Origin: Spirochaetia bacterium
GTDB taxonomy: Bacteria > Spirochaetota > Spirochaetia > DSM-2461
Length of the DNA: 64,000 nucleotides
NCBI GenBank assembly: GCA_963668315.1
Contig: OY764216.1
Location: 3,136,001-3,200,000 of the forward strand
Reading direction: 5' to 3'
Part shown: positions 47,319 to 57,192 of the stretch, in pieces
Position numbering within the stretch: position 1 is the stretch's first letter
Layout: every line of letters starts with the position of its first letter
Notes under the pieces: model-generated
What the model saw: the letters and a program-made list of their open reading frames with translations, nothing else
Databases searched by the model: none
Told to the model about the DNA's origin: nothing
Program-made: the position numbers and the translations under genes

Positions 47319-48758
47319 ATGGCTGATACAATGATCAAAGATAAGTATGAAACTTTCGTGGGACTGGAGATCCATATCCACCTGCTCACGGAAACCAAAA
47401 TGTTCTGCGGCTGCAAGGCCAACTACGGTGACGAGCCCAATACCAATGTCTGCCCCGTCTGCCTCGGCTACCCCGGAGTTCTTCCCACGGTGAATGAAAA
47501 AGCCATGGAGATGGGATACGTGGTGGCCCGGGCTCTGAACTGCCGCCTGAGCCGGAAGACCTACTTCGAAAGAAAGAACTACTTCTATCCCGATATGCCC
47601 AAGAACTACCAGATCTCCCAGTTCCAGGAGCCCGTGGGAGTGGACGGCTACATCGAATTCGAGTTCGAAGGGGAAGTCAGGAAAATCCGTATCCACGACG
47701 TCCATCTGGAAGAGGACGCGGGCAAGATGATCCACGCCGGCGATATGTCTCTCCAGGACTTCAACCGCGCCGGTTACCCCCTTCTGGAGATCGTTACCGA
47801 GCCGGATCTGAAGAGCGGCGAGGAGACCGAAGCCTTCCTGCGCGCCTTCCGACGGACCGTCCGCTACCTGGGCGTCTGCGACGGCAATATGGACGAGGGT
47901 TCCATGAAGTGCGACGCCAACATCTCCATCAATCTTCCCGGCGCGGGACTGGGAACCAAGGTGGAGCTCAAGAACATGAATTCCCCCCGTTTCGTCCGCC
48001 GGGGACTCCAGTACGAGGCCCAGAGACAGGCGGAAGTCCTGGACAACGGGGGCACCCTGATTCAGGAAACCCGCCTCTGGAACGAAAACCACGACATTAC
48101 CGAGACCATGAGAACCAAGGAAATGGCCAACGACTACCGCTATTTTCCCGAGCCCGATATGCCTCCCTTCTGTCCGGACGATGCTTTTATCGCCCGGGTG
48201 GAAAAATCCCAGGTGGAACTGCCCCTGGCCCGTAAGCACGACCTGATGCGCAAGTACGCCATCAGTTCAGATCAGGCCGAGTTCATCCACGACGAGAAGG
48301 TCAATGCCGACTATTTCGAGAAGACCGTGGCCCTGGGGGCCGATCCCCAGGCTATCTACACCTGGCTCTCTTCGGATGTGCAGAAGGAGCTGAACCTTCT
48401 GAATATGACCCTGACCGAATCGCCCCTGACTCCGGAGAGATTCGCCGCCCTTCTCAAGCTCCTCGATGAGGAGACCATCAGCGGAAAGATCGCCAAGCAG
48501 GTGCTTATCGATATCTTCGAAGAGGATGAAGATCCCGCCGCCATCGTAGAGAAGAAGGGGCTGAGCCAGATCAGTGATCCCGCTGTTATTTCAGCGGCCG
48601 TGGATAAGGTCATCGGCAGTAATCCCGAGGTGGTGGCCGCCATCGGGGAAGGCGATCAGAGACAGAAAGGTTTTCTGGTCGGACAGATCATGAAGGAGAC
48701 CGGAGGACGGGCCGCTCCCGCTCTGGTCCAGAAAATTCTTGCCGAGAAACTGGGCTGA
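47319..48758 (+). CDS. gatB: Asp/Glu-tRNA amidotransferase subunit B
   Basis: GLEIH, RKNYFYPD, HLEEDAGK, DYRYFPEPD. Confidence 0.97.
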   Translation: MADTMIKDKYETFVGLEIHIHLLTETKMFCGCKANYGDEPNTNVCPVCLGYPGVLPTVNEKAMEMGYVVARALNCRLSRKTYFERKNYFYPDMPKNYQISQFQEPVGVDGYIEFEFEGEVRKIRIHDVHLEEDAGKMIHAGDMSLQDFNRAGYPLLEIVTEPDLKSGEETEAFLRAFRRTVRYLGVCDGNMDEGSMKCDANISINLPGAGLGTKVELKNMNSPRFVRRGLQYEAQRQAEVLDNGGTLIQETRLWNENHDITETMRTKEMANDYRYFPEPDMPPFCPDDAFIARVEKSQVELPLARKHDLMRKYAISSDQAEFIHDEKVNADYFEKTVALGADPQAIYTWLSSDVQKELNLLNMTLTESPLTPERFAALLKLLDEETISGKIAKQVLIDIFEEDEDPAAIVEKKGLSQISDPAVISAAVDKVIGSNPEVVAAIGEGDQRQKGFLVGQIMKETGGRAAPALVQKILAEKLG

Positions 48759-48772
48759 CCTAGGAGAGAAGA

Positions 48773-50047
48773 ATGGAAAGAACACTAATTAAAGAGATAA
48801 AAGATTCCGTGGGAAAGGATGTTATGCTTTCCGGTTGGATTCACCGTATTCGCGACCTCGGCGGCGTCACCTTCGTCATTTTGCGTGACCGGTCCGGAAA
48901 ATGCCAGGTCGTGACCAATGATCCGGTGGAACTGAACCAGGAAACCGTCGTACAGGCCTATGGAAAAATCGCCGCCAACGACAAGGCGCCCGGCGGTTAT
49001 GAATTGATACTGGACCATTTCGACGTTCTCGGTGCCGCCGCTCCGGAGCTTCCCTTTCCTGTTAACGGGGACCCCTCCAAGGTGGGGATCGAGCTCACCC
49101 TGGATCAGAGAATGATCTCCCTCAGAAATCCCCAGATCCTCTCCATCTTCCGTCTGCAGGCGGCTCTGGTAAAATATTTCGGAGAGTATCTCCGCAGCAA
49201 GGATTTTACGGAGATCAAGTCCAGCAAGATGATCGGAACCGGGACCGAGGGGGGAACCAGCGTCTTTACGGTGGAGTATTTCGACCGCAAGGTTTTCCTG
49301 GCCCAGTCGCCCCAGTTCTACAAGCAGGCCATGGTCTCTTCCGGCCTGGAAAGGGTTTTCGAGATCGGCCATGCCTACCGGGCGGAGAAGCACGAGACCT
49401 CCCGGCACATAAACGAATATGTCTCCATGGATGTGGAGATGGGCTTCATTCAGTCCGAACTGGATATCATTGAGCTGGAAAGAGGCTTGCTGGCCTACAT
49501 TTTCGATCAGGTCAATGGGAACAACAAGGATGATATGGATGCCTGGGGCGCCACCTGCCCCACCGGAGAGCAGATGAGGAAAGCTCCGATTATCTCCCAT
49601 GACGAGGCCAAGCAGATCATCCGGGACAAGCTGGAAAGACGTGTCTTTGAGATCAGCCCGGAAGGGGAGAGAGTCCTCTGTGCCTGGGCCGAGGAGGAAC
49701 ACGGTACACCTCTTGTCTTCGTCAACGAATTTCCCCGCCGCAAGCGTCCTTTCTACACCTATCCCAAGGGAACCAAGACCATGAGTTTCGACTTGCTCTT
49801 CCGCGGTCTGGAAATTACCACCGGCGGCCGCCGTATCAACGAGTACGAAATGCTCCGTGAGACCCTTCCCCGTTTCGGCATGACCGAAGAGGAGCTGGGC
49901 GGTTATGCCGATATTTTCAAGTACGGCTGCCCCCCCCACGGAGGCTTCGCCATCGGCCTTGAGAGACTGACCCAGAAGATCATGGGGCTGAGCAACATCA
50001 AGGAGTGCTCCCTCTTTCCCCGTGACAGAAGACGGGTCACTCCCTGA
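48773..50047 (+). CDS. aspS: Aspartyl-tRNA synthetase, short archaeal-type, probably non-discriminating
   Basis: OB fold, LAQSPQFYKQ, YRAEKHETSRH, PPHGGFAIGLER; 424 aa; follows gatCAB. Confidence 0.88.
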   Translation: MERTLIKEIKDSVGKDVMLSGWIHRIRDLGGVTFVILRDRSGKCQVVTNDPVELNQETVVQAYGKIAANDKAPGGYELILDHFDVLGAAAPELPFPVNGDPSKVGIELTLDQRMISLRNPQILSIFRLQAALVKYFGEYLRSKDFTEIKSSKMIGTGTEGGTSVFTVEYFDRKVFLAQSPQFYKQAMVSSGLERVFEIGHAYRAEKHETSRHINEYVSMDVEMGFIQSELDIIELERGLLAYIFDQVNGNNKDDMDAWGATCPTGEQMRKAPIISHDEAKQIIRDKLERRVFEISPEGERVLCAWAEEEHGTPLVFVNEFPRRKRPFYTYPKGTKTMSFDLLFRGLEITTGGRRINEYEMLRETLPRFGMTEEELGGYADIFKYGCPPHGGFAIGLERLTQKIMGLSNIKECSLFPRDRRRVTP

Positions 50048-50060
50048 CGGAGAGGATATG

Positions 50061-50098
50061 AAAAAAGCCGCCCGAGTTGTTCGGAGCGGCTTTTTTTT
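50061..50098. terminator. Bidirectional intrinsic terminator
   Basis: AAAAAAGCCGC-CCGA..TCGG-A-GCGGCTTTTTTTT between convergent aspS and argF. Confidence 0.85.
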
Positions 50099-50116
50099 AT
50101 TTATAAAGGAAAGTGA

Positions 50117-51106
50117 TCAGTTCAGGCTGGCCACCATGGCGGCTTTGATGGTGTGCATGCGGTTCTCCGCTTCGTCAAAGACAACGGACCGGGGGCTGCG
50201 GAAAACCTCGTCGGTCACTTCCATCTCGTCCAATCCGTACTTCTCTTTCACTTCCCGGCCCACGGCGGTATTCAGATCGTGAAAGGCGGGGAGGCAGTGC
50301 ATGAATATCGTATCGGGATTGCCCGTTTTATCCATCATGGCTTTATTCACCTGATAGGGCTTCAGAAGTCTGATCCGCTCTTCGAACTGATCCTCCTCTC
50401 CCATGGAAACCCAGACGTCGGTATAGATGATATCCGCATCCTTCACCCCCTCGGCGATATCCTCGCAGAGATTGATGACAGCTCCTGTCTCCTCGGCCAT
50501 CTTACGGCACTCCCGCACCAGTTCGTCGGAAGGAAAAAGGGAAGCCGGGGCGACGGCGCTGAACTCCATTCCCATCTTGGCTGCCCCGATCATCAGGGAG
50601 TTCCCCATATTGTTGCGGGCGTCTCCGGCGTAGGCCAGTTTCACCTTGTTGAGAGGCTTGGCCACATGTTCTTCGATAGTAAGAAGGTCGGCGAGAATCT
50701 GGGTGGGATGGTAGAGATCGGTCAAACCGTTCCAAACGGGGACTCCCGAAAACTTCGCCAGGGCTTCCACCGTTTCCTGCTTGAATCCGCGGTACTCAAT
50801 GCCATCGTAGAACCGGCCGAGGACCCGGGCCGTATCCTCAATGGACTCCTTTTTGCCCATCTGGCTGTTGGTGAGAAAGGTGACCTGGCCGCCTTCGTCA
50901 AAAACGGCCGTTTCAAAGGCGCATCTCGTTCTGGTGGAAGTTTTATCAAAAATAAGACAGATGTTTCGTCCCGCCAGCAGGTCCCCTCTGATCCCGGCTC
51001 TTTTCTTTTTTTTCAGATCATGGGACAGATCAAGGAGATAACGGATCTCCCGGGGGGTGAAGTCTTTCAGAGTCAGCAGACTGCGTCCTTGTAAATTAAT
51101 GGGCAT
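50117..51106 (-). CDS. argF: Ornithine carbamoyltransferase
   Basis: STRTR, HPTQ, DVWVSMG, FMHCLP. Confidence 0.95.
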   Translation of the reverse strand: MPINLQGRSLLTLKDFTPREIRYLLDLSHDLKKKKRAGIRGDLLAGRNICLIFDKTSTRTRCAFETAVFDEGGQVTFLTNSQMGKKESIEDTARVLGRFYDGIEYRGFKQETVEALAKFSGVPVWNGLTDLYHPTQILADLLTIEEHVAKPLNKVKLAYAGDARNNMGNSLMIGAAKMGMEFSAVAPASLFPSDELVRECRKMAEETGAVINLCEDIAEGVKDADIIYTDVWVSMGEEDQFEERIRLLKPYQVNKAMMDKTGNPDTIFMHCLPAFHDLNTAVGREVKEKYGLDEMEVTDEVFRSPRSVVFDEAENRMHTIKAAMVASLN

Positions 51107-51205
51107 TTCAGGCCTCCCACACAAATAAGATAGGGTAAAAATATAGGATAAAAGAAAAAAGATTTCTACCCCGTACCCTTTCTCTGCCCCTGCATTTAGT
51201 ATATA

Positions 51206-52564
51206 ATGCGCCCTGTGCGAAGCTTTTTCCGGTCCGATAGGATTATCATCTTTTCCTATTTCCTCGTTGTCATATTTCTGGGAACCCTGTTGCTTTTCCT
51301 CCCCCTTTCATGGAATGGGCCCCGTCCCCTGTCTCTGCTGGATGCTTTTTTCACCGCCGTGTCCGCCGTTTGCGTGACCGGGCTGGCCGTTGTGGATACC
51401 TCTCTGTTTACCCGGACAGGGCAGATCTTTCTGATAAGTCTCATACAGCTGGGGGGGCTGGGTATCGTCACCTTCTCCACCCTGTTTCTCATCATCCCCG
51501 GACTTCGCATGTCACTGAACAGAAGCCAGATTCTCCTTGATTTCAATCCGGAGAAGGGAAAAAGGGATCCCCGGCGCATTATCCGGGTTATACTCCTCTA
51601 TACCCTGGCCATTGAAGGAGCGGGAGCCGCGATCCTTTCCCTTCTTTTTCGAAGGAGGGGGGTACCCGAACCCGTCTTCAATGGTATCTTCCACGGCATC
51701 TCCGCCTTCTGCAACGCCGGGTTTTCCCGGTTTTCCAACAGCCTTGAAGATTTCGCCCTCGATGTTCCGGTGAATCTGACCGTTATGGCTCTTATCATTA
51801 CCGGCGGCCTGGGGTTTATGGTACTCCAGGATCTGGTGCGAAAGATCTTCTTTCCCGGACATCGTCTCCGCTATCATTCGAAGCTGATGCTTCTGGCCAC
51901 TCTCGTGCTGATTCTGGGGGGAACGGTTTTTTTCTATCTGGCTGAAAGGGAGAAACTTTTTCTATCCCTTGATGGAGCGAGGATAACAAACGGTCAGAAA
52001 TGGCTTCTGGCCCTTTTCCAATCGGTAACGGAAAGGACCGCCGGGTTCAATACCGTATCCCAGGGGGATCTTTCCCTCTCTTCCCAGCTTTTCAGCCTGC
52101 TCCTGATGATTATCGGCGGAGGATCCGGTTCGACGGCGGGAGGGATCAAGGTCACCACGGCGCTGATGATTTTCTTTGTCATGGTCAACGGACTGAATAC
52201 CCGGGGTGAGGTCCGCTTCTTAAAGCGGCGGATTCCCTCGGAGGTCATAAACCGGGCGTCCCTCTTCTTCCTCAAGGCCGTGGGATTTCTGTTCCTGCTG
52301 CTGATGGCCCTGATTTTTACAGAAGCCCATAATGCCCCGGATACGAAAGAGCTCCGGGCGCTCGTTTTCGAAACATTCTCCGCGCTGGGTACGGTGGGGC
52401 TTTCCCACGGGATAACGCCCTCCTTGTCGTCCGGAGGAAAACTGATAATCGTGATTGCCATGTTCGCCGGTAGAGTCGGACTCTTCACCATGATACTGCC
52501 CCGTAGGGACAGGGTCGAGGAGCGGCATGTGGACTGGCCCACGGGGGAGGTACTCATAGGATGA
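51206..52564 (+). CDS. trkH: Trk/Ktr potassium uptake membrane subunit
   Basis: [30 protein letters not shown]. Confidence 0.9.
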   Translation: MRPVRSFFRSDRIIIFSYFLVVIFLGTLLLFLPLSWNGPRPLSLLDAFFTAVSAVCVTGLAVVDTSLFTRTGQIFLISLIQLGGLGIVTFSTLFLIIPGLRMSLNRSQILLDFNPEKGKRDPRRIIRVILLYTLAIEGAGAAILSLLFRRRGVPEPVFNGIFHGISAFCNAGFSRFSNSLEDFALDVPVNLTVMALIITGGLGFMVLQDLVRKIFFPGHRLRYHSKLMLLATLVLILGGTVFFYLAEREKLFLSLDGARITNGQKWLLALFQSVTERTAGFNTVSQGDLSLSSQLFSLLLMIIGGGSGSTAGGIKVTTALMIFFVMVNGLNTRGEVRFLKRRIPSEVINRASLFFLKAVGFLFLLLMALIFTEAHNAPDTKELRALVFETFSALGTVGLSHGITPSLSSGGKLIIVIAMFAGRVGLFTMILPRRDRVEERHVDWPTGEVLIG

Positions 52565-53277
52565 AACAATTTGCCATAATCGGGGTGGATACGTTCGCCA
52601 AAAGCCTTTTGGAGGAGCTGATAGCCGTGGACTGCGAAGTTCTGCTTATCGACAGAAACAGGGATATCATCGACTTCTATAAAGACGATGTGACGGAAGC
52701 TTATGTGGCGGACGTTATAAACGAGGAGACCATCAACCGTCTTGTCCCCACAGATATCGACGGGGTCATCGTGGATCTCGGTTCCAATATCGAAGCGTCC
52801 GTTCTGGTAACCAATTATCTCAAGAAGATGGGTATTAAAAATGTGCACATCAAGGTTAATTCCGATCGGCACGGGGAAATCCTTGAGATTATCGGGGCGG
52901 ATAATGTCATCTATCCCGACCGGGAAGCCGCCCGCCGTCTGACGCCTCTTCTTCTTTCCTCCTCCCTTTTTAATTATGTGCCCATAGGAAACGGTCTGGT
53001 CATGGCCGAGGTCTCTCCGCCGGCCAAGCTGCTCGAAGGTCAGGAAATCGATGTCCGGCGGACATACGGCATCAATATCATCGCGTACCGAAGCGTCGAC
53101 GGGGAGTATATTTTCTACCGGAGGGAGCATCAGTTCGCCGCCGATGATATTATGCTTGTCGTGGGAAGCGAAGCGGACCTTCTGGGATTCGCCGACAAAG
53201 AGCTGCCCGTTACGACATCGGCCACCCACAAAATCCCCTATCTCCTCAAGAGGTTTTTCAAGGAAGGAAAGCATTGA
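52561..53277 (+). CDS. trkA: Trk/Ktr RCK regulatory subunit
   Basis: KQFAIIG Rossmann-like start, IGADNVIYPD, TrkA-C region; coupled to trkH. Confidence 0.85.
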   Translation: MKQFAIIGVDTFAKSLLEELIAVDCEVLLIDRNRDIIDFYKDDVTEAYVADVINEETINRLVPTDIDGVIVDLGSNIEASVLVTNYLKKMGIKNVHIKVNSDRHGEILEIIGADNVIYPDREAARRLTPLLLSSSLFNYVPIGNGLVMAEVSPPAKLLEGQEIDVRRTYGINIIAYRSVDGEYIFYRREHQFAADDIMLVVGSEADLLGFADKELPVTTSATHKIPYLLKRFFKEGKH

Positions 53278-54251
53278 TCTGGTCCCGGGAATATCTGAAG
53301 GACGACTGGTACCGTTCTTACCCTTCTCAGCTGGACGGGAAAGCTATTGATGAAAGACGGTCGAAAGCCGCCGCCGCTCTGGACAGGGATTCCTCCCGGG
53401 TCTGGGGCGATCCCTTTGAAAAACTGTCCCCCGGGACCTGTTCTGTCGATCTGGACAGGGCGGATCCTCAGATAGGACGGGCGGGAGAGTTTCCCGGTGA
53501 TCCGGCCGAACTGGAAGCCGCCCTCCGGTCGCTCATGCCCTGGCGCAAGGGCCCCCTGAACTATTTCGGAACCCACATCGATGCGGAATGGAAAAGCAAC
53601 CGCAAATGGACGAGGGTGGAGCCCCACCTGCCCGACCTGAGGGGAAAGAGGGTGTGCGATGTGGGATGTAACAACAGTTACTACCTGTTGCGGATGCTTC
53701 CCCGGGATCCGGAGCTGCTTCTGGGGATCGACCCCATGGTAAGATACTGGTTCAACCACCGCCTCCACCAGCTCTATGTGAACGACAGCCGGCTTCACTT
53801 TGAGCTTCTCGGAGCGGAGGATCTGGATCTCTATCCCCGTTTTTTCGACGTTGTTTTCTATATGGGAATTCTCTACCATCGGCGCAGCCCCATCGACAGC
53901 CTCTCCTCTGTCGCCCAAACCATGAGGCCTGGGGGGACGCTGATTCTGGAATGCTCGGGCATCCCCGGTGACGAACCCTACTGCCTCATTCCCGAGTCCC
54001 GCTATCTGAAGGCGCCGGGTTACTGGTTTCTTCCCACGGCTTCGGCACTGGTGAATATGCTGGGGCGAACAGGTTTTTCCGATATTGAGGTTTTCCATAC
54101 CCATAAGCTGGAGAAGGAAGAACAGAGACAGACCGACTGGGCCCGCTTTCAGTCTCTGGAGCATTTTCTTGATGAAGAGGACGAGACCAAAACCGTGGAA
54201 GGCTATCCCGCCCCGGTAAGAATCTATGTCAAGGCAAAGAGAAAAGCTTAG
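53274..54251 (+). CDS. cmoB: tRNA U34 carboxymethyltransferase
   Basis: LMPWRKGP, IDAEWKSNRKW, DVGCN, MGILYHRRSP, EGYPAP. Confidence 0.92.
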   Translation: MIWSREYLKDDWYRSYPSQLDGKAIDERRSKAAAALDRDSSRVWGDPFEKLSPGTCSVDLDRADPQIGRAGEFPGDPAELEAALRSLMPWRKGPLNYFGTHIDAEWKSNRKWTRVEPHLPDLRGKRVCDVGCNNSYYLLRMLPRDPELLLGIDPMVRYWFNHRLHQLYVNDSRLHFELLGAEDLDLYPRFFDVVFYMGILYHRRSPIDSLSSVAQTMRPGGTLILECSGIPGDEPYCLIPESRYLKAPGYWFLPTASALVNMLGRTGFSDIEVFHTHKLEKEEQRQTDWARFQSLEHFLDEEDETKTVEGYPAPVRIYVKAKRKA

Positions 54252-54265
54252 TTTTCTCCCGGCAC

Positions 54266-54295
54266 TTGACACCATTGGATAAAATAGGATATGGT
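54266..54295 (+). promoter_or_regulatory. Promoter of tRNA pair
   Basis: TTGACA-18 bp-TATGGT just upstream of tRNA-Asp. Confidence 0.5.
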
Positions 54296-54307
54296 ACCTT
54301 CACATTC

Positions 54308-54381
54308 GGAGGCGTAGCGAAGCTGGTTATCGCGCCGGCCTGTCAAGCCGGAGATCGCGGGTTCGATCCCCGTCGCTTCCG
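54308..54381 (+). tRNA. tRNA-Asp(GTC)
   Basis: Acceptor GGAGGCG/CGCTTCC; anticodon arm CCGGC-CTGTCAA-GCCGG; GTTCGAT; no encoded CCA. Confidence 0.95.
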
Positions 54382-54394
54382 CATTTTTTATTAT

Positions 54395-54467
54395 CGGGCT
54401 GTAGCGCAGCGGCTAGCGTACATCGTTCGGGACGATGGGGTCGCCGGTTCAAATCCGGCCAGCCCGA
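54395..54467 (+). tRNA. tRNA-Pro(CGG)
   Basis: Acceptor CGGGCTG/CAGCCCG; anticodon arm CATCG-TTCGGGA-CGATG; GTTCAAA. Confidence 0.95.
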
Positions 54468-54595
54468 ATATTTTAGGTAAAAAGCATAGACAAAAGAGAA
54501 CATTCCGTTAGATAATACTGCAAAGGGCTGTTTTTTTTCTTCCGTGTAAATCCTTTCTACAGTTGATTAAGAAGACAGCCGAAAATGGTAGTGAC

Positions 54596-55480
54596 ATGAG
54601 AAATTACCGGAATAACCTAATAATCTTTCTTTTATCCCTTATTCTTCTTCAGACTTATAATATCTGGGGTGAATCGTACCGTGTGGTCCGAGGTGACACC
54701 CTTTATTCCATTGCCCTTAAATATTCCGTATCGGTCAAGGAACTGATGACCCTCAACAACATCGAGAATCCTTCGGCCCTCTCCGTGGGAATGGATCTGA
54801 TTATTCCGGGAACCGAACCGGCCGATAGTAGCTCATCCGGGACCTACACCGTTGTCGGAGGCGATACCTATTACAGTATTTCCAGAAAACACGGGATGTC
54901 CGTCTCCGACCTGCTTTCACTGAACCATCTGACGGCCGGTGATATCCTTTCCATCGGACAGACTCTGGCGGTATCAGGAGCAAACCCCGGGGAAAACATA
55001 CCCGCCACCCCCGTACAGGTAAAGCCGGAACCGCAACCGGAAACGGAAAGGGTTACCGAAAAGAGGGAAGAGGGCAGAACCGTTCTTCCCGTAACCGCCG
55101 GCCCCTCCCTCGTACTGGGAAGAACCGGCCGGGATGCCAGCCGGCCCGAATGGCCCGTCACCGGTCCTCTCTATTCGGTTGACGGCGATTTTGAAGGGGT
55201 TATGATAGAGAGCGTCCCCTCCACCTATGTGGAAGCCGTATCGGGCGGCGAAGTCGTCTGGGCCGGACCCTATTGGGAGTTCGGTCAGATCGCTCTTATC
55301 GAAAGCGAGGGCTACATCTATTTCTATGGGGGCAACAGCGATATTTTTGTCAATGTGGGACAGAAAATCACTGTCGGAACCAGAATAGGGCGGCTCGAAA
55401 ACATTGACGGCAAGGGAAATTTGTATTTTACTGTATTTAAAGAGGGAAAAGTAATCGACCTGGCCATGGCCGGGAATTAG
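54596..55480 (+). CDS. LysM x2 plus degenerate M23 domain protein (NlpD-like)
   Basis: YRVVRGDTLYSIA, YTVVGGDTYYSIS; WPVTG..VNVGQKI..G; Zn ligands not evident. Confidence 0.85.
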   Translation: MRNYRNNLIIFLLSLILLQTYNIWGESYRVVRGDTLYSIALKYSVSVKELMTLNNIENPSALSVGMDLIIPGTEPADSSSSGTYTVVGGDTYYSISRKHGMSVSDLLSLNHLTAGDILSIGQTLAVSGANPGENIPATPVQVKPEPQPETERVTEKREEGRTVLPVTAGPSLVLGRTGRDASRPEWPVTGPLYSVDGDFEGVMIESVPSTYVEAVSGGEVVWAGPYWEFGQIALIESEGYIYFYGGNSDIFVNVGQKITVGTRIGRLENIDGKGNLYFTVFKEGKVIDLAMAGN

Positions 55481-55489
55481 GGGGATAGG

Positions 55490-56476
55490 ATGGAAGAGCT
55501 GCTCAAAGAGCCTCATGGTAAGATGGTAAGGCACCCGGATGATGAAATCGGCGAGCAGAGCGAAAACGACCCCCTTGCGTTATATCTGAAGCAAATTTCC
55601 TTTTATGATCTCCTTACCATGGATCAGGAGCAGGCCATCGGGGAGAGGATTGACGATATCAAGGAAACCATCGAAGCCATGGATGAGCAGCTTGAGGAAA
55701 AAGTGCTTACCAGTGAGAGCTACGATCTTGCCCTGAGTCCTCTTAACGAAGAGCTTTATGAACTGAAAAATCAGATGATCCAGTCCAATCTGCGGCTGGT
55801 TGTATCCATCGCCAAGAAATACCAGAACCGGGGCATGTCTTTTCTCGACCTTATCAATGAGGGAAATATCGGATTAATCGAAGCGGTTGAACGGTTCGAC
55901 TACTCCCGGGGCTGCCGTTTCTCCACCTACGGGACATGGTGGATCCGTCAGGCCATCATAAAATCCCTGGCCGACAAGGGACGGGTGATCAGAATCCCCA
56001 TCCATATGCTGAATTCCATTAAGAAATGCTATTACGTGGCCAAGGAACTCACGCAGGAACTGGGCAGGAACCCCACCGAGAAAGAGCTGGCCGAGCAGAT
56101 GGGCATAGATGAGGCCAAGGTAAAGGAAGTCATACAGCTTTCCCAGGAAACGGCCAGTCTCGACACAACCGTGGATGACGATCATATGACCCGCCTTTCC
56201 GAACTCATTAAGGACGATATGACCAAGGAGCCGATGGATGCCGTCTTTAAGAGTAACGTCCACGAGACGCTGAACGATGTGCTCGGACAGCTGTCTGAAA
56301 GGGAAAAGCGCATTATCGAACTTCGCTACGGCCTAAACAACAAGACTCCCCTGACCCTGGAGCAGACGGGCCGCATCATGGGAATTACCCGGGAGAGAGT
56401 CCGGCAGATTCAGGAGAAGGCAATCGTCAAACTGAGAGGTTTCAAGGAGATCCAGGAGCTGGAGGAATTCATCTAG
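55490..56476 (+). CDS. RNA polymerase sigma-70 factor (RpoD/RpoS group, no region 1.1)
   Basis: SNLRLVVSIAKKY, DLINEGNIGL, FSTYGTWWIRQAI, TRERVRQIQ. Confidence 0.92.
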   Translation: MEELLKEPHGKMVRHPDDEIGEQSENDPLALYLKQISFYDLLTMDQEQAIGERIDDIKETIEAMDEQLEEKVLTSESYDLALSPLNEELYELKNQMIQSNLRLVVSIAKKYQNRGMSFLDLINEGNIGLIEAVERFDYSRGCRFSTYGTWWIRQAIIKSLADKGRVIRIPIHMLNSIKKCYYVAKELTQELGRNPTEKELAEQMGIDEAKVKEVIQLSQETASLDTTVDDDHMTRLSELIKDDMTKEPMDAVFKSNVHETLNDVLGQLSEREKRIIELRYGLNNKTPLTLEQTGRIMGITRERVRQIQEKAIVKLRGFKEIQELEEFI

Positions 56477-56477
56477 C

Positions 56478-56720
56478 ATGAAGCCTCTTTTCTATGTGAC
56501 CCTTCCCGATGATTTTGATGAAAAATGTTCGGAGAGCGGCGGGGGGTTGTTCCTGGATATGGACGACCCTTACAAAGAGGCGGCCCGTCGTTTGACAACG
56601 GGAAAAGTATATCCCGTTTTGGAAGTCTCCGATGACGACAGTCTCGTTCTTGTAGATGATTCCGGTCGTCTCTATAAAATAAACAGCAGGATGGTTAAAT
56701 TTTCCGATGGAGCTGGTTAA
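56478..56720 (+). CDS. Small hypothetical protein
   Basis: 80-aa ORF packed between sigma and GAF genes. Confidence 0.6.
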   Translation: MKPLFYVTLPDDFDEKCSESGGGLFLDMDDPYKEAARRLTTGKVYPVLEVSDDDSLVLVDDSGRLYKINSRMVKFSDGAG

Positions 56721-57177
56721 GGCCCTGACTGAAATCTCTTCGCTCATCGCAGGTTCCCATACGCAGGAGGACATGTTTTGTCATCTGGTACAGCGGACCT
56801 GTTATGAGACGGGCTCGGATTTTTCCGTAGTTTTCACCCTTTCCGGTGCGGCCGAGTTCCATACCCTGGCAACGAGCCACAGGAAAAGGGATGAATATTC
56901 TTTCGTCGCAGACGGGGATTTCGAAGATTTTCTCAGGGAATGTACGGAATATATTGTTTCTCATAAAGCGGATAAGGGCCCCTTCCCGCAGCTCCTTCTC
57001 AGGGAGACCATGAAAAGCGCAGCCGCCTTTCCCCTGAGAGTAAAAAATGAATTGAAATTTATCCTCATCCTCAATTCGGGGAAGGATATGTACTATAATG
57101 AAGAAAAGCTTCTATTTCTGGAATCTTCCTGCCGCGTCATGCAGGAAGCGCTGGGCCGTGTCTTCAGCCGGGAATAG
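56707..57177 (+). CDS. GAF-like domain protein
   Basis: KSAAAFPL..ILILNS..YNEEKLLFLE. Confidence 0.65.
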   Translation: MELVKALTEISSLIAGSHTQEDMFCHLVQRTCYETGSDFSVVFTLSGAAEFHTLATSHRKRDEYSFVADGDFEDFLRECTEYIVSHKADKGPFPQLLLRETMKSAAAFPLRVKNELKFILILNSGKDMYYNEEKLLFLESSCRVMQEALGRVFSRE

Positions 57178-57192
57178 GAGAAGGAGTTCTCT

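Noticed and set aside
45837..48239. 800-aa minus-strand ORF and other long antisense ORFs in the GC-rich half
   Set aside because: Shadow frames of well-supported genes (gatA/gatB, aspS, cyclase, pgm) caused by codon bias
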